64,000 nucleotides of DNA from Alphaproteobacteria bacterium (GTDB lineage: Bacteria > Pseudomonadota > Alphaproteobacteria > MPNO01). Shown piece after piece: positions 47,189 to 61,033 of the stretch (position 1 is its first letter; every line of letters begins with the position of its first letter). Below the pieces are notes generated by a model, which saw only the letters and a list, made by a program, of their open reading frames with translations, was not told the origin of the DNA and searched no databases. Position numbers and translations under genes: made by a program. Where the stretch lies: the NCBI GenBank assembly GCA_963667285.1, contig OY763326.1, positions 4,152,030 to 4,216,029 of the forward strand, read 5' to 3'.

Positions 47189-47664
47189 TGCGCGGCTTCG
47201 AAAGTGCCGGACCGGCCGCCCGCCTTGCGGACCAGCCGGATCTCGCCGATCGTCATCGCCCGGTCCACCGCCTTGCACATGTCGTAAACGGTGAGCGCCG
47301 CGACGCTGACCGCCGTCAGGGCTTCCATCTCCACCCCGGTGCGCCCGGCGAGCCGGCAGGTGGCCTCGATCTCGACCGCGGAGCGCTTTTCGTCGCATCG
47401 CAGCTCCACGTCGATCGCGGTCAGCGCCAGCGGGTGGCAAAGCGGGATGAGATCGGCCGTCCGCTTCGCCGCCATGATCCCGGCGAGGCGGGCGACGCTC
47501 AGAACATCGCCCTTGGCGACGCCGCCCGCGGCGATTCTGCGCAGCGTTTCGGGCGCCATCGAGATCGAGCCGCGGGCGGTCGCCGTCCGGTCGGTGACGT
47601 CCTTGCCGGAGACGTCCACCATGACCGCCTTGCCCTCGGCGTCGATATGGCTGAATTCGGCCAT
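47185..47664 (-). CDS. moaC: Cyclic pyranopterin monophosphate synthase
   Basis: [29 protein letters not shown]. Confidence 0.97.
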   Translation of the reverse strand: MAEFSHIDAEGKAVMVDVSGKDVTDRTATARGSISMAPETLRRIAAGGVAKGDVLSVARLAGIMAAKRTADLIPLCHPLALTAIDVELRCDEKRSAVEIEATCRLAGRTGVEMEALTAVSVAALTVYDMCKAVDRAMTIGEIRLVRKAGGRSGTFEAAQ

Positions 47665-47668
47665 CCGG

Positions 47669-48469
47669 TCAGGCCGCCTTGCGGCGCAGCAGCGCCGCGG
47701 TCGCCGCGCGGACGTCGTGCTGGCTCATCAACGCCTCGCCGATCAGAAAGCTCGTCACCCCGACGGCCTCCATGGAGGCGAGGTCCTCCGGGCTGGAGAG
47801 GCCGCTCTCTCCCACCACCAGCCGGTCGCGGGGCACCAGCGGAGCCAGCCTGCGGGTGGTCGCGATGTCGGTCTTCAGCGTCTTGAGGTTGCGGTTGTTG
47901 ATGCCGATCAGCCCGTCGCCGACCCGGAGGGCGCGTTCCAGCTCGAGCTCGTCATGCACCTCGATCAGGACGTCCATCGCGAGTTCTCCGGCCAGAGCCG
48001 CGAGCTCCCCGGCAAGCGCGTCTTCCAGCGCCGCCATGATCAGCAGAATGCAGTCCGCGCCGATCGCGCGCGCCTCGGCGATCTGGTAGGGATCGAGCAT
48101 GAAATCCTTGCGCAGCACCGGCAGACCGACCGCCGCGCGGGCCGTCGAGAGGTGGTCGTCGTCGCCCTGGAAATAGGGCGGATCGGTCAGCACCGACAGA
48201 CAGGTCGCGCCACCGGCCTCGTAATCGCGGGCGAGGTCGACGGGATTGAAATCTTCTCGAATCAACCCCTTGCTTGGCGATGCTCGCTTGATTTCCGCGA
48301 TCAACCCGTAATGTCCCCGCCCGCGCGCGTGCCGCAGCCGGGCCGCGAAGCCGCGCGTCGGCGCGGCTGTGCCGGCTTCGTCGAGCACGGCGTTCATCGG
48401 CCGGCGCCGCTTGCAGGCGGCGACGTGTTCCCGCTTGACCGCGCAGATTTCCTGCAGCACGTCGCTCAT
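47669..48469 (-). CDS. trpC: Indole-3-glycerol phosphate synthase
   Basis: [27 protein letters not shown]. Confidence 0.97.
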   Translation of the reverse strand: MSDVLQEICAVKREHVAACKRRRPMNAVLDEAGTAAPTRGFAARLRHARGRGHYGLIAEIKRASPSKGLIREDFNPVDLARDYEAGGATCLSVLTDPPYFQGDDDHLSTARAAVGLPVLRKDFMLDPYQIAEARAIGADCILLIMAALEDALAGELAALAGELAMDVLIEVHDELELERALRVGDGLIGINNRNLKTLKTDIATTRRLAPLVPRDRLVVGESGLSSPEDLASMEAVGVTSFLIGEALMSQHDVRAATAALLRRKAA

Positions 48470-49506
48470 GAGGACTCGTCGCCCCGGTTGGAAATCTCGA
48501 CCATCCGGGCGAGCGCGCCGCGCGCCTTTCCCCCGTCGATCGAGCGCGCCGCGAGCGCCGCGCCCTCGGCCAGATCCGCGGCCGCACCGGCCACCACCAG
48601 CGAGCCCGCCGCCGTCATGATGGCGCTGTCGCGATAGGTCCCGGGTTCGCCGTCGAGCAGGGCGCGGAGCCGCTCGGCGTTGTAGGTCCCGGTGCCACCC
48701 TTGAGATCCTCGATCCGGCCCTCGGCGAGCCCGGCATCGGCAGCGGTCACGGTGAAGCTGCGCACCGCGCCGTCCGCCCATTCGGCGACCGTGGTTTCCC
48801 CGGCGGAGGTGAGCTCGTCGAGCCCGCCCGCGCCATGGACCACCCAGGCCCGCTCGGAACCCAGGCGCCCCAGCACCTCGGCCAGAGGCTCGACCCATTC
48901 GCCGGCGAACACGCCGACCAGCAGCCGGCGCACGAATGCCGGGTTGGAGAGCGGGCCGAGCAGGTTGAAGATGGTGCGGACCGCGAGCTCCACCCTCGGC
49001 CCGGCGACGTGCCGGGTCGCGCTGTGATGCCGCGGCGCCATCATGAAACCGATCCCCGCCTCGCGGATGGATTTCTCGATAAGCGGGAAGGCGGCGTCGA
49101 TATTGACCCCGAGCGCGGTCAGCACGTCCGCCGCCCCGGCCCGCGACGACAGCGCACGGTTGCCGTGCTTGGCGACCGGTATGCCGCATCCGGCCACCAC
49201 CAACGCGGCGGCGGTGGATATGTTGAGCGTGCCCGCGCCGTCGCCGCCGGTGCCGACGACGTCGATCGCATTGTCCGGCGCGGCAATCCGCGCCGCCTTC
49301 GCGCGCATCGTCCGCGCCGCCCCGGCGATCTCGTCCACCGTCTCGCCGCGCAACCTGAGAGCCATCAGGAACGCGCCGATCTGCGCCGGCGTGGCGTTGC
49401 CTGTCATGATGGTGTCGAACGCGCGCTCGGCGTCCCGTTCGCTGAGGCGATGCCCGTCCGCGACCCGGCCCAGCACGCTCTTGAAAGCGTCGAAATCTTC
49501 ACTCAT
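48466..49506 (-). CDS. trpD: Anthranilate phosphoribosyltransferase
   Basis: [29 protein letters not shown]. Confidence 0.97.
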   Translation of the reverse strand: MSEDFDAFKSVLGRVADGHRLSERDAERAFDTIMTGNATPAQIGAFLMALRLRGETVDEIAGAARTMRAKAARIAAPDNAIDVVGTGGDGAGTLNISTAAALVVAGCGIPVAKHGNRALSSRAGAADVLTALGVNIDAAFPLIEKSIREAGIGFMMAPRHHSATRHVAGPRVELAVRTIFNLLGPLSNPAFVRRLLVGVFAGEWVEPLAEVLGRLGSERAWVVHGAGGLDELTSAGETTVAEWADGAVRSFTVTAADAGLAEGRIEDLKGGTGTYNAERLRALLDGEPGTYRDSAIMTAAGSLVVAGAAADLAEGAALAARSIDGGKARGALARMVEISNRGDESS

Positions 49507-49614
49507 GGCTACGACTTGGTTCCGAAAAAGACAAAAATAATGGTGTCTTGACGATCTATTCTAAAGCACTGTTTCAATTCCGTCCGACCTCGCATGCCGC
49601 GCATGGCGGCGGGC

Positions 49615-51519
49615 TCAAGGCCGGATCGCGCCTTCGTCGAACAGCCTCTGGACGGCGCCCGAATTCACCGTTACCGAGTAGACCCCGCGCAGCGCATCGG
49701 TGTACTGCGCGAGGAGGTCCGACGTCATCGCGCCCTTCACCTGCTCGCGGATCCCGTCGAGCCCGTCCTTGTCGGCGGACGGATTCGCCGGTTCGATCCG
49801 GTGCAACGCCGCCACCGCGAACCCCTTTTCAGTCGGACCCAGGAACGCTTCGCCCTGTTTGGCCTCGAACAACGGCGTCGCGAGCGAGGCGGGGAGCGGC
49901 GTGTCGCCGCCCTGGTCGAAGCGCGTGAAGGGGGAGGAGGTCTTTGCCGTCAGCCCCATTTCCCGGGCCGCGGTATCGAAGCTGCGCCCCGCCTTGACCT
50001 CGCCCAGCAGCTTGTCCGCGCGCTCCTTCGCCCTGGCATTCAGGCGGTCCAGCCGCCAGGCGGCGGCGACCCTCTCGCGGACCCGGTCGAACGGTTCGAG
50101 CGCCGGCGGAACCACGCTGTCGACCCGGAGTAGAAAATAGCCTCCTTCCGCGGTCTCGATCAGGTCGCTCGTCTGGCCGTTGCCCGTCTCGAAGGCCGCC
50201 TCCAGGAAACGCCGGAGTGTCAGCAGACCGTCCTCGGGATCGCCGTCGGCCGACCGTCCGCTGCGCTCGACCGCGCGCAGCCTGAGCACCTTGGCATTGA
50301 CCTGGCCCGCCGCCTCTTCCAGCGCGGCGCCGCCGGCCAGCGTGTCCTCGACCTGGTTCGCCAGCTTTACCAGCGCGTCGATCGCCTGTTCGCGGGCCAG
50401 GTCGTCGCGGATCTTCGCCCGGACTTCGGCGAATTCGGGGGTCCTGCCCGGTTCGATCCGGTCGACCAGCAGGATGTGCCAGCCGATCGGCGAGCGGACC
50501 GGCTGGCTCGGAACGTTCGGTTGCAGCGCGAAGGCCGCATCGGCGATCTCCTGCGGCAGATCCGCCCTGGTGAGCGAGCCGAGCGAGACCGCATCCCGAT
50601 CCATCCCGGCGACCGCGACGGCGACATCGGCGATGTCGCGCCCGCTCCTCAGCGCATCCAGCGCGCGCTTCGCCGTGGCCTCGTCGGCGACGACGATCTG
50701 GGCGATGCGCCGGCGTTCCGGAACCGAAAGCTGTTCGAGGCGGTGCTCGTATTCGGCGCGCAACTCCTCTTCCGCGGGCTCGATCTCGGCGGCGACATCC
50801 GCGGGGTTGAGGTGAAGCGCCGTCAGGTCGCGCCTCTCGGGGGCGGTGAACGCGGCGGCATTCTCCTTGTGGAAACCGGTCAGGGCGCTGTCCCCGGGCG
50901 CGGACAACGTGCTCTCCGCGGGCCGGGCGATCTCGACGAAGCGCGCGATCCGCTTGTCGTTGCGGTAGTGGTAGAGCGACCTGACCAGCGGGTCGGGCGC
51001 GGTGCTGGCGCTGCGCAGGACGCCCGTCAAATGCGACATCTTGATCTGCTGGCGCACATCCTCGACATAGCGCTGCTCGGGGATGCCGAGCCGGTTGAGC
51101 GCGCTCTCGAAGAGCATGCGGTCGAAACTGCCGTCCGGACCCTGGAAGGCGGGCTCCGCATGCAGCTGGCGCACCACCTGGTCGTCGCCCACGATGACGC
51201 CGTTCTCCCCGGCATAGAGGTCGAGCAGACGCTGCGAGATCAAGCCTTCAAGCGTGGCTTCGGCCACGCCGAGATCGCGCGCCTGCTCCGAATCGACATC
51301 CGGACCGAGCGTCCTGCGCAGGTTCTCGACCTGTCGACGGAACGCGGCGCCGAACTCGTTGGCGGTGATCTTGCTGTCGCCCACCTCCGCCACGTCGGTG
51401 GGAAGCCCGGTCGCCCGGATCATGTCCTCGACGCCCCAGGCGGCGAAGCTGATGATCAGCAGCACGGCAAGAACCCGCACCACCCAGGTGGCGGCCTTGT
51501 TCTTCATCGCCTGAAGCAT
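49615..51519 (-). CDS. ppiD: PpiD/SurA-like membrane-anchored parvulin chaperone
   Basis: N-terminal TM (LLIISFAAWG), SurA_N region, rotamase SQPVRSPIGWHI; ATG at 51519. Confidence 0.88.
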   Translation of the reverse strand: MLQAMKNKAATWVVRVLAVLLIISFAAWGVEDMIRATGLPTDVAEVGDSKITANEFGAAFRRQVENLRRTLGPDVDSEQARDLGVAEATLEGLISQRLLDLYAGENGVIVGDDQVVRQLHAEPAFQGPDGSFDRMLFESALNRLGIPEQRYVEDVRQQIKMSHLTGVLRSASTAPDPLVRSLYHYRNDKRIARFVEIARPAESTLSAPGDSALTGFHKENAAAFTAPERRDLTALHLNPADVAAEIEPAEEELRAEYEHRLEQLSVPERRRIAQIVVADEATAKRALDALRSGRDIADVAVAVAGMDRDAVSLGSLTRADLPQEIADAAFALQPNVPSQPVRSPIGWHILLVDRIEPGRTPEFAEVRAKIRDDLAREQAIDALVKLANQVEDTLAGGAALEEAAGQVNAKVLRLRAVERSGRSADGDPEDGLLTLRRFLEAAFETGNGQTSDLIETAEGGYFLLRVDSVVPPALEPFDRVRERVAAAWRLDRLNARAKERADKLLGEVKAGRSFDTAAREMGLTAKTSSPFTRFDQGGDTPLPASLATPLFEAKQGEAFLGPTEKGFAVAALHRIEPANPSADKDGLDGIREQVKGAMTSDLLAQYTDALRGVYSVTVNSGAVQRLFDEGAIRP

Positions 51520-51686
51520 GGTGCCGGTTCCCGGTTCGGTCGGCCGCGCCGACGGATGGCGTACGCGGCTATATCTATTGGCTGCGGGAAGGGATCGCAA
51601 CCGCGGACGCTTCCGTCCGGTTTCCCGGCGCGGCGCCGCTGTGCTAGAAATCCGCCCCGTCCGAACCGCCTCGCAAACGGCGCTCC

Positions 51687-52442
51687 ATGATCGATTCCGT
51701 CCGCCCGCTGGTCGCGGGGAACTGGAAGATGAACGGCTCGCGCGCGATGACGCGCGACCTGCTCGCTTCGCTCGGCACCGCGCTCGACGACGCGGGCGGC
51801 GCGCCGTGCGAGATCGTCGTCTGTCCTCCGGCCCCCTATCTCGCCGATGCCGCCCGGGCGCTCGCATCCATTCCCGGGATCCGACTCGGCGCGCAGGACT
51901 GCCACGGCGCCGCCTCGGGCGCCCATACCGGGGATGTCGCGGCGGGGATGCTCGCCGATCTCGGCTGCCGCTACGCCATCGTCGGGCATTCGGAACGGCG
52001 CGGCGACCACGGGGAAGACAGCGCGACGGTCAGGGCCAAGGCGGCGGCGGCCCTCGCGGCGGGGCTCGGCGCCATCGTCTGCGTCGGCGAGACCCGCGCC
52101 GACCGCGAGGCCGGAAGGGCGGAGGCGGTGGTGGGCGGGCAACTCGATGCCTCGCTGCCGGACGGCGCCGACGCGGAGAACTGCGTGATCGCATACGAGC
52201 CGGTCTGGGCCATCGGAACCGGCCTTACCCCGACCCCGGCGCAGATCGACGAGATCCACGCCTCCATCCGGGCGCGGCTCGACCGGCGACGTGCCGACGG
52301 CGTGCGCATCCTCTATGGCGGCTCGGTCAAGCCGGAAAACGCCGCCGCGATACTGGCCGTCGCCGATGTCGACGGCGCCCTGGTGGGCGGGGCGAGCCTC
52401 GACGCCGACGCTTTCTGGTCGATATGTCGATCATGTCCGTAG
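51687..52442 (+). CDS. tpiA: Triosephosphate isomerase
   Basis: [29 protein letters not shown]. Confidence 0.98.
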   Translation: MIDSVRPLVAGNWKMNGSRAMTRDLLASLGTALDDAGGAPCEIVVCPPAPYLADAARALASIPGIRLGAQDCHGAASGAHTGDVAAGMLADLGCRYAIVGHSERRGDHGEDSATVRAKAAAALAAGLGAIVCVGETRADREAGRAEAVVGGQLDASLPDGADAENCVIAYEPVWAIGTGLTPTPAQIDEIHASIRARLDRRRADGVRILYGGSVKPENAAAILAVADVDGALVGGASLDADAFWSICRSCP

Positions 52443-52503
52443 AAATTCCCGCCCAATGGCGCTACATCATTGCCGGCGCTGACCGCAGGAAGGCCTGCCC
52501 GAC

Positions 52504-52821
52504 ATGATCGCTATTATTCTCGTGGTTCACCTCTTCATCGCGATCGCCCTGGTGGCGGTGGTGCTCGTACAGCGATCCGAAGGCGGCGGGCTCGGCATCG
52601 GCGGCGGCACGATGGGCGGGCTGATGACGACCCGCGGATCGGCCAATCTGCTGACCCGGGTAACCGCCGGGCTGGCCGTCTGCTTCATGGCGACCAGCAT
52701 CGTGCTCGCGATCCTGTCGGGCGCGGGCCAGGAGTCGCGTTCGGTGCTCGACCAGCCGGTGCAGCCGGCGCCGGTGCAGCCGGCGGAACCCGAGCCGCCG
52801 AGCGTTCCGCTGGCCCGTTGA
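52504..52821 (+). CDS. secG: Preprotein translocase subunit SecG
   Basis: [20 protein letters not shown]; tpiA-secG-pyrG synteny. Confidence 0.95.
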   Translation: MIAIILVVHLFIAIALVAVVLVQRSEGGGLGIGGGTMGGLMTTRGSANLLTRVTAGLAVCFMATSIVLAILSGAGQESRSVLDQPVQPAPVQPAEPEPPSVPLAR

Positions 52822-52906
52822 GGGAGCGCCCCGGCGACGCAGAGCGATCGAACCGGGTGAGCGCGCCACGCGTCCGGAGATGTGCCGCGACAGCGGGCGA
52901 GGGGCG

Positions 52907-54535
52907 ATGACACGCTATATCTTCATCACCGGCGGCGTCGTCTCCTCTCTCGGCAAGGGGCTCGCCTCCGCCGCGCTCGGCGCGCTGCTCCAGGCGCGTG
53001 GCTACAGGGTGCGGCTGCGCAAGCTCGACCCCTATCTCAATGTCGACCCGGGCACGATGAGCCCGACCCAGCACGGCGAGGTCTACGTGACCGACGACGG
53101 CGCGGAAACCGACCTCGACCTCGGCCATTACGAGCGCTTCACCGGCGTGCCCGCGAGCCAGAGCGACAACGTGACCACGGGGCGGATCTACCAGGACGTG
53201 ATCGAGCGCGAACGGCGGGGCGACTATCTCGGGGCGACGATCCAGGTCATCCCCCACGTCACCGACGCGATCAAGGCGTTCATCTCCGCCGATGCCGGCG
53301 ACGTGGATTTCATCCTGTGCGAGATCGGCGGTACCGTGGGCGACATCGAAAGCCTGCCCTTCCTCGAGGCGATCCGCCAGAAGGCCAACGAGCTCGGCCG
53401 CGAGCGGGCGATGAACGTGCATCTGACGCTGGTTCCCTATCTGCAATCCGCGGGGGAGCTGAAGACCAAACCCACCCAGCATTCGGTGAAGGAGTTGCAG
53501 AGCGTCGGCATCCAGCCCGACCTCATCCTGTGTCGCTGCGAGCGGGACGTGCCGCTCGACGACCGCCGGAAGATCGCCCTGTTCTGCAACGTGCCCGTCG
53601 AGAACGCGATCGCCGCGCCGGACATGGACACCATTTACGAGGTGCCGATCTCCTATCACGAGCGCGGGTTCGACGTTCAGGTGTGCCGCCATTTCGGCCT
53701 GCAGGAGGGGGCCGAACCCGACCTCGCGCGCTGGAGCGAGATCGTCGGACGGATCAGGAACCCGGAGGGCGAGGTGGCGATCGCGGTGGTCGGCAAGTAC
53801 ACCACGGTCCTCGATTCTTACAAGTCGCTCGCCGAGGCGCTGGAGCACGGCGGCATCGCCAATCGCGTGAGGGTACGGCTGGAATGGCTCGATTCCGAGA
53901 TTTTCGAATCCGAGGACGCGGTACACCATTTGTCCGGGGTCGAGGGGATCCTGGTGCCCGGCGGATTCGGCGAGCGCGGCACCGAGGGCAAGATCGCGGC
54001 GGCCCGCTTCGCACGCGAGCACAACGTTCCCTATCTCGGGATCTGTTTCGGCATGCAGATGGCGGTCATCGAAGCGGCGCGCAACCTTGCCGGCATCGGG
54101 GGTGCCGGATCGACCGAGTTCGGGCCGGCGCCCGAGCCCGTCGTCGGTCTGCTCAGCGAGTGGATCAAGGGCGACCGGATCGAGCAGCGCGGGCTCGGCG
54201 ACGATCTCGGGGGCACGATGCGGCTGGGGGCATATGACTGCGCGATCCAGTCCCGCTCGCTGGCCGACGAGATCTATCGCCGGCCGGTGATCAGCGAGCG
54301 CCACCGCCACCGCTACGAGGTCAACATCAACTACCGCGCCCGGCTCGAAGAGGCGGGGCTGGTGTTTTCGGGCCTCTCGCCCGACGGGATGCTGCCGGAG
54401 ATCGTCGAACTGCCGGCGCATCCCTGGTATCTCGGCGTGCAGTTCCACCCGGAGCTAAAGTCGAAGCCGTTCGACCCGCACCCGGTCTTTCAATCCTTCG
54501 TCCGCGCCGCGATCGAACGCTCCCGGCTGGTGTAG
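52907..54535 (+). CDS. pyrG: CTP synthase
   Basis: [31 protein letters not shown]. Confidence 0.98.
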   Translation: MTRYIFITGGVVSSLGKGLASAALGALLQARGYRVRLRKLDPYLNVDPGTMSPTQHGEVYVTDDGAETDLDLGHYERFTGVPASQSDNVTTGRIYQDVIERERRGDYLGATIQVIPHVTDAIKAFISADAGDVDFILCEIGGTVGDIESLPFLEAIRQKANELGRERAMNVHLTLVPYLQSAGELKTKPTQHSVKELQSVGIQPDLILCRCERDVPLDDRRKIALFCNVPVENAIAAPDMDTIYEVPISYHERGFDVQVCRHFGLQEGAEPDLARWSEIVGRIRNPEGEVAIAVVGKYTTVLDSYKSLAEALEHGGIANRVRVRLEWLDSEIFESEDAVHHLSGVEGILVPGGFGERGTEGKIAAARFAREHNVPYLGICFGMQMAVIEAARNLAGIGGAGSTEFGPAPEPVVGLLSEWIKGDRIEQRGLGDDLGGTMRLGAYDCAIQSRSLADEIYRRPVISERHRHRYEVNINYRARLEEAGLVFSGLSPDGMLPEIVELPAHPWYLGVQFHPELKSKPFDPHPVFQSFVRAAIERSRLV

Positions 54536-54538
54536 ACG

Positions 54539-55384
54539 ATGGACGATCCGCATCGGATTCGCATCGGCCCGGTCGAGCTGGGCAACGACGCCCCGCTGGT
54601 ACTGATCTCCGGGCCGTGCCAGATCGAAAGCCGCGTCCACGCGCTCGACTGCGCCGAGCGGCTGGTCGACATCGCCGGTCAAGCGGGGGCGGCGCTGATC
54701 TTCAAGTCGTCCTTCGACAAGGCCAACCGCACCTCGCTCGGCGCCGAGCGGGGGATCGGGATCGACGAGGGGCTGGATATTCTCGCCGGGATCCGGGAGC
54801 GCTGCGGCTGCCCCGTCCTGACCGACGTCCATTTGCCCGAGCAATGCGCCGCGGCGGCGGAGCGGGTCGACGTGCTGCAGATCCCCGCCTTCCTGTGCCG
54901 TCAGACCGATCTGGTGGTCGCGGCCGCGGAAACCGGAAAGCCGCTCAACATCAAGAAGGGCCAGTTCCTCGCCCCCTGGGATATGGTCAACGTGGTCGAA
55001 AAGGCGCGCGCCTCCGGCAATCGCGACGTGATGGTCTGCGAACGGGGCGCGAGCTTCGGCTACAACGCGCTGGTCAACGACATGCGCGCCCTGCCGCAGC
55101 TGGCCGAGACCGGGTGTCCGGTGGTCTTCGACGCGACCCATTCGGTGCAGCAGCCGGGCGGCCTCGGCTCGGCGAGCGGGGGGCAGCGGGAGTTCGTCCC
55201 GGTGCTGGCGCGGGCGGCGGTCGCCGTCGGCGTCGCCGCGGTGTTCATGGAATCCCACCCCGATCCGGACAACGCCCCCTCCGACGGCCCCGCGATGGTC
55301 CCGCTGGACGCGCTCGGCCCGCTGCTCGAACAGCTCGTCGCCGTCGACCGGTTGAGCAAGAGCCTGCCGCGGCTCGCGCTCTGA
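54539..55384 (+). CDS. kdsA: KDO-8-phosphate synthase
   Basis: [31 protein letters not shown]. Confidence 0.97.
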   Translation: MDDPHRIRIGPVELGNDAPLVLISGPCQIESRVHALDCAERLVDIAGQAGAALIFKSSFDKANRTSLGAERGIGIDEGLDILAGIRERCGCPVLTDVHLPEQCAAAAERVDVLQIPAFLCRQTDLVVAAAETGKPLNIKKGQFLAPWDMVNVVEKARASGNRDVMVCERGASFGYNALVNDMRALPQLAETGCPVVFDATHSVQQPGGLGSASGGQREFVPVLARAAVAVGVAAVFMESHPDPDNAPSDGPAMVPLDALGPLLEQLVAVDRLSKSLPRLAL

Positions 55385-56701
<1,317 letters not shown>

Positions 56702-56785
56702 ATTTTCCTCGTCGGTTGCGAATCATCGCTCCATCGCTACTTGAATTTTGCGGCTTGACTTATTGAATCTCAATGTGATTGCCTG

Positions 56786-57154
56786 TTGGATATGGCGATG
56801 CGGTTGGACAAGCGCCGAGCGATGCGCACCGTGGCCGGCCCGGTACTCGGGGCCGCGCTCACCGCCTATTTCGCCTTCAGCGCCTTCGAGGGCGACCGCG
56901 GCGTGTTGCGAATCCTCCAGCTGGACCAGGAGATCGTCCGCGCCGAACAGACGCTCGCCAGGGTGACCGCCGAGCGTGAAGGCCTCGACCGGCATGTCGT
57001 GTCGCTGCGCGCCGATCGCCTGGACCGCGACTATCTCGACGAGCGGGCGCGGATGATGACCGGGCTGCTCGGCCCCGACGATATCGTGATTTCCGGCACC
57101 CGGACGACCCGCCGCATTTCGGTCGTCGGCGGCCCTCCCGCCGTCCAGAGGTGA
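56786..57154 (+). CDS. ftsB: Septum formation initiator (FtsB/DivIC family)
   Basis: Single TM, GDRG, coiled coil, LDRDYLDERAR; downstream of eno; start uncertain. Confidence 0.85.
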   Translation: MDMAMRLDKRRAMRTVAGPVLGAALTAYFAFSAFEGDRGVLRILQLDQEIVRAEQTLARVTAEREGLDRHVVSLRADRLDRDYLDERARMMTGLLGPDDIVISGTRTTRRISVVGGPPAVQR

Positions 57155-57341
57155 GCCGCGTGCCGGCCGGGCGCGACCGCCCGGCGGCGTATCTTCGTTG
57201 CGCAAAGCCGCGCCAAAACGACACAAACTTACCCATCCCTTTGTTGCGCCGCGTCGCGGTCGATTAGTATCCTCCCATCAGCGGTAGCCGATTCATCCGA
57301 ACCGCTGTGCGGTCGCTCGGAAACGCAAGGGAATATCGCTG

Positions 57342-58406
57342 ATGGCCGCGAGGCCGCGGAAACCCGCAACCGGACACGCTGCGGAACCGGCGTCGGGCGA
57401 AGAGCCCGGCAAGTCCGCCAATGGCGGCGCACGGCCGGCCCATGTCGATCTGGACGAGTTGATCGACTTCTACCGCCAGATGCTGGTGATCCGGCGCTTC
57501 GAGGAGCGCGCGGGACAGCTCTACGGCATGGGGCTGATCGGCGGGTTTTGCCACCTCTATATCGGCCAGGAGGCCGTGGTCGTCGGCATGCAGGCGTCCG
57601 CCCGACCCGGGGACGCGTTGATCACCAGCTACCGGGATCACGGCCACATGCTGGCATGCGGCATGGATCCCAAGGGCGTGATGGCCGAGCTGACCGGGCG
57701 GCGCAGCGGCTATTCCAAGGGCAAGGGCGGCTCGATGCACATGTTCAGCCGCGACAGGAACTTTTTCGGCGGGCACGGCATCGTCGGCGCCCAGGTGCCG
57801 ATCGGTACGGGTGTCGCATTCGCCCAGAAATATCGCGACGACGGCGGGGTGACGTCGGCCTATATGGGCGACGGAGCGCTCAACCAGGGCCAGGTGCACG
57901 AAGCCTTCAACCTCGCCGCGCTGTGGTCGCTCCCGATCGTGTTCGTGATCGAGAACAACCGCTACGGCATGGGCACCTCGGTGGATCGCGCTTCGGCCCT
58001 GAAGGACCTCCACCGGATCGCCGAGCCCTTCGGCATCCCCTCCGCCCAAACGGACGGCATGGACGTGCTTGCGGTCAAGGAGGCGGGCGCTGCGGCGATG
58101 GCGCATTGCCGCGCGGGCAAGGGGCCGTATGTGCTCGAGGCCCTGACTTACCGCTATCGCGGGCATTCGATGTCCGACCCCGCCAAGTATCGCAGCAAGG
58201 AAGAGGTCGCGGAGATGCGGACCGAGCACGACCCGATCCAGAATCTCCGGGATCGGCTGGTTTCGGTCGGGTTCGTCGACGAGGACGCTCTCAAGGATAT
58301 GGACCGCGATATCAGGACGATCGTCGCCGATGCCGCGGAGTTCGCGCAGAACAGTCCCGAGCCCGACCCGCGCGAGCTCCTCACCGACGTGCTGATCGAG
58401 GCCTGA
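57342..58406 (+). CDS. pdhA: Pyruvate dehydrogenase E1 alpha
   Basis: [20 protein letters not shown] motif, YRGHSMSDP. Confidence 0.97.
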   Translation: MAARPRKPATGHAAEPASGEEPGKSANGGARPAHVDLDELIDFYRQMLVIRRFEERAGQLYGMGLIGGFCHLYIGQEAVVVGMQASARPGDALITSYRDHGHMLACGMDPKGVMAELTGRRSGYSKGKGGSMHMFSRDRNFFGGHGIVGAQVPIGTGVAFAQKYRDDGGVTSAYMGDGALNQGQVHEAFNLAALWSLPIVFVIENNRYGMGTSVDRASALKDLHRIAEPFGIPSAQTDGMDVLAVKEAGAAAMAHCRAGKGPYVLEALTYRYRGHSMSDPAKYRSKEEVAEMRTEHDPIQNLRDRLVSVGFVDEDALKDMDRDIRTIVADAAEFAQNSPEPDPRELLTDVLIEA

Positions 58407-58424
58407 CCGGCGCGGGTGTCCGAG

Positions 58425-59756
58425 ATGCCGATCAACATCCTCATGCCGGCACTTTCACCGACGATGACCGAGGGCAATCTCGCCAGGTGGCGCAAGAGCG
58501 AGGGCGATCCGGTGACCTCCGGAGAGGTCATCGCGGAAATCGAGACCGACAAGGCGACGATGGAGGTCGAGGCGGTCGACGAGGGCGTGCTGGGCAGGAT
58601 CGTCGTGCCGGAAGGCTCGGAAGGGGTGGCGGTCAACTCGATCATCGGCGTCCTGCTGGTCGACGGCGAAGACCCCGCGGCGCTCGGCAGGGCCGCGCCC
58701 TCCAACGGCAGCGCCGCCGCGCAACCTTCGGTCGCCGCGGCGCCGCCCGAGAAGGAGGCGCCGCACGGCGAAACCGTTCGCCAGACCGTGCGCGAGGCGC
58801 TGCGCGACGCGATCGCCGAGGAGATGCGTCGCGACGAAACGGTTTTCCTGATGGGCGAGGAGGTCGCCGAGTATCAGGGCGCCTACAAGGTGAGCCAGGG
58901 CCTGCTGCAGGAGTTCGGCCCGCGCCGCGTGATCGACACCCCGATCACCGAGCACGGCTTCACCGGGCTCGGCGTCGGTGCGGCGTTCGCCGGATTGCGG
59001 CCGATCGTCGAATTCATGACCTTCAACTTCGCCATGCAGGCGATGGACCAGATCATCAATTCGGCGGCCAAAAGCCTCTACATGTCGGGCGGCCAGATCT
59101 CCGCGCCGATGGTGTTTCGCGGGCCCAACGGCGCCGCCGCCCGGGTGGCCGCCCAGCATTCGCAGAACTACGCCAGCTGGTTCGCCCATGTGCCGGGACT
59201 CAAGGTGGTGTCGCCCTACAGCGCGGCGGACGCCAAGGGTTTGCTGAAATCGGCCATCCGCGACCCCAACCCGGTGATCTTCCTGGAAAACGAAATCCTG
59301 TACGGCGCCTCTTTCGAGGTTCCGGCGGACGAGGATTTCATCGTGCCGATCGGCCGGGCGAAAATCTGCCGCGCCGGGTCGGACGTGACGATCGCCGCGC
59401 TTTCGATCGCGGTGGGCCACGCGCTCGACGCCGCCGAGGCGCTGGCGGGGGAGGGGGTGGAGGCCGAGGTGATCGACCTCCGCACGATCCGGCCGCTGGA
59501 TACCGCGACGCTGGTCGCGTCGGTGAAGAAGACCGGCCGCCTGGTCTCGGTCGAGGAGGGCTGGCCGTTCGCCGGTATCGGCGCCGAGCTCGCCGCGGTG
59601 GCGATGGAGCAGGCCTTCGACTGGCTCGACGCGCCGGTCGCGCGCGTGACCGGAGCCGACGTTCCGCTGCCCTACGCCGCCAATCTCGAACGGCTCGCGC
59701 TGCCGCAGGTCGAGGACGTCGTCCGCGCCGCCAAAGACGTGCTGTACCGAGACTGA
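58425..59756 (+). CDS. pdhB: Pyruvate dehydrogenase E1 beta with N-terminal lipoyl domain
   Basis: ETDKATME lipoyl domain; [22 protein letters not shown]. Confidence 0.97.
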   Translation: MPINILMPALSPTMTEGNLARWRKSEGDPVTSGEVIAEIETDKATMEVEAVDEGVLGRIVVPEGSEGVAVNSIIGVLLVDGEDPAALGRAAPSNGSAAAQPSVAAAPPEKEAPHGETVRQTVREALRDAIAEEMRRDETVFLMGEEVAEYQGAYKVSQGLLQEFGPRRVIDTPITEHGFTGLGVGAAFAGLRPIVEFMTFNFAMQAMDQIINSAAKSLYMSGGQISAPMVFRGPNGAAARVAAQHSQNYASWFAHVPGLKVVSPYSAADAKGLLKSAIRDPNPVIFLENEILYGASFEVPADEDFIVPIGRAKICRAGSDVTIAALSIAVGHALDAAEALAGEGVEAEVIDLRTIRPLDTATLVASVKKTGRLVSVEEGWPFAGIGAELAAVAMEQAFDWLDAPVARVTGADVPLPYAANLERLALPQVEDVVRAAKDVLYRD

Positions 59757-59788
59757 ACGCGCCCGGTTCTCCCCAGCCAGGATCCCCG

Positions 59789-61018
59789 ATGCCGATCAAT
59801 ATCCTGATGCCGGCACTGTCGCCGACCATGACCGAGGGAAACCTCGCCAGATGGCTCAAGGCCGAGGGCGACGCCGTCGAGGCCGGCGACGTGATCGCCG
59901 AGATCGAGACCGACAAGGCGACGATGGAGGTCGAGGCGGTCGACGAGGGGGTGCTCGGCAGGATCGTCGTGCCCGAGGGTTCGGAAGGGGTTGCGGTCAA
60001 TGCGGTGATCGGCGTCCTGCTCGCCGATGGGGAGGACGCGGCGGCGATCGGGGACCCGCCGGCGCCCGCCGAAATGCCCGCCCAGGCGGCGGAACCGGCG
60101 CCGCAGCGCCCCGCCGAGCCGCCACCGCCCGCCCCGCCCGCTCCGCGGGAGCGCATCGCCGCCAGTCCGCTCGCCCGGCGCATGGCCGCGCAGGCCGGGC
60201 TCGACCTCGCCGCCATCAGCGGCAGCGGAACCGGCGGGCGGATCGTCAAGGTGGATATCGAAGCCGCGCTCGCCGCAGGGTCGGCGGCCGCCGAACCGGC
60301 ACACGCGCCGCCCGGACCCGCCGCCGCGCCGGCCCCGGGGGAAACCGTCAGGCTGTCGACCATGCGCCGCGTGATCGCCGAGCGGATGACCGAATCCAAG
60401 GCGACGGTCCCCCACTTCTATCTCACCGTCGACTGCGAGATCGACGAGCTGCTCAAGATGCGGAGCGAGATCAACAAGCGGATCGAGACGGCCAGAATAT
60501 CGGTCAACGACATCGTCATCCGGGCCTGCGCGCTCGCGCTCCGTGAGGTCCCGGCCGCCAATGTCACCTGGGCGGGCGAAGGGTCGATGACACGGCACGG
60601 TACGGTGGACATCTCCGTCGCGGTGGCGATCCCGGGCGGGCTGGTCACCCCGATCGTCAGGAACGCCGACGCCAGGGGTCTGGTCGAGATCGCGGCCGAA
60701 ATGAAGGCGCTCGCGGCGCGGGCGCGCGAGGGCAAGCTCACGCCGGAGGAGTACCAGGGCGGCAGCTTCTCGATCTCCAATCTCGGGATGTACGGCGTCA
60801 AGAGCTTCGATGCGGTGATCAACCCGCCGCAGGCCTGCATTCTCGCGGTCGGCGCGGGGGAACCGCGGCCGGTGGTCCGCGACGGCGCGATCGTTCCCGC
60901 CACCGTCATGTCGTGCACGCTGTCGGTCGACCACCGCGTGGTGGATGGCGCCATCGGCGCCGAGCTGCTGGGCGCGATCAAGCGGAACATCGAGTATCCG
61001 CCGGCGATGCTGGCCTGA
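59789..61018 (+). CDS. pdhC: Dihydrolipoamide acetyltransferase E2
   Basis: Lipoyl ETDKA, E3-binding ASPLARR..GRIVKVD, DHRVVDG. Confidence 0.97.
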   Translation: MPINILMPALSPTMTEGNLARWLKAEGDAVEAGDVIAEIETDKATMEVEAVDEGVLGRIVVPEGSEGVAVNAVIGVLLADGEDAAAIGDPPAPAEMPAQAAEPAPQRPAEPPPPAPPAPRERIAASPLARRMAAQAGLDLAAISGSGTGGRIVKVDIEAALAAGSAAAEPAHAPPGPAAAPAPGETVRLSTMRRVIAERMTESKATVPHFYLTVDCEIDELLKMRSEINKRIETARISVNDIVIRACALALREVPAANVTWAGEGSMTRHGTVDISVAVAIPGGLVTPIVRNADARGLVEIAAEMKALAARAREGKLTPEEYQGGSFSISNLGMYGVKSFDAVINPPQACILAVGAGEPRPVVRDGAIVPATVMSCTLSVDHRVVDGAIGAELLGAIKRNIEYPPAMLA

Positions 61019-61033
61019 TCGGGGATAGCGTCC

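Noticed and set aside
49507-49614. Classical trp attenuator
   Set aside because: No Trp-codon leader peptide present.
57548-61018. 1156-aa ORF suggesting a PDH fusion
   Set aside because: Only the part from ATG 59789 is PdhC; the rest is an off-frame read of pdhA/pdhB.
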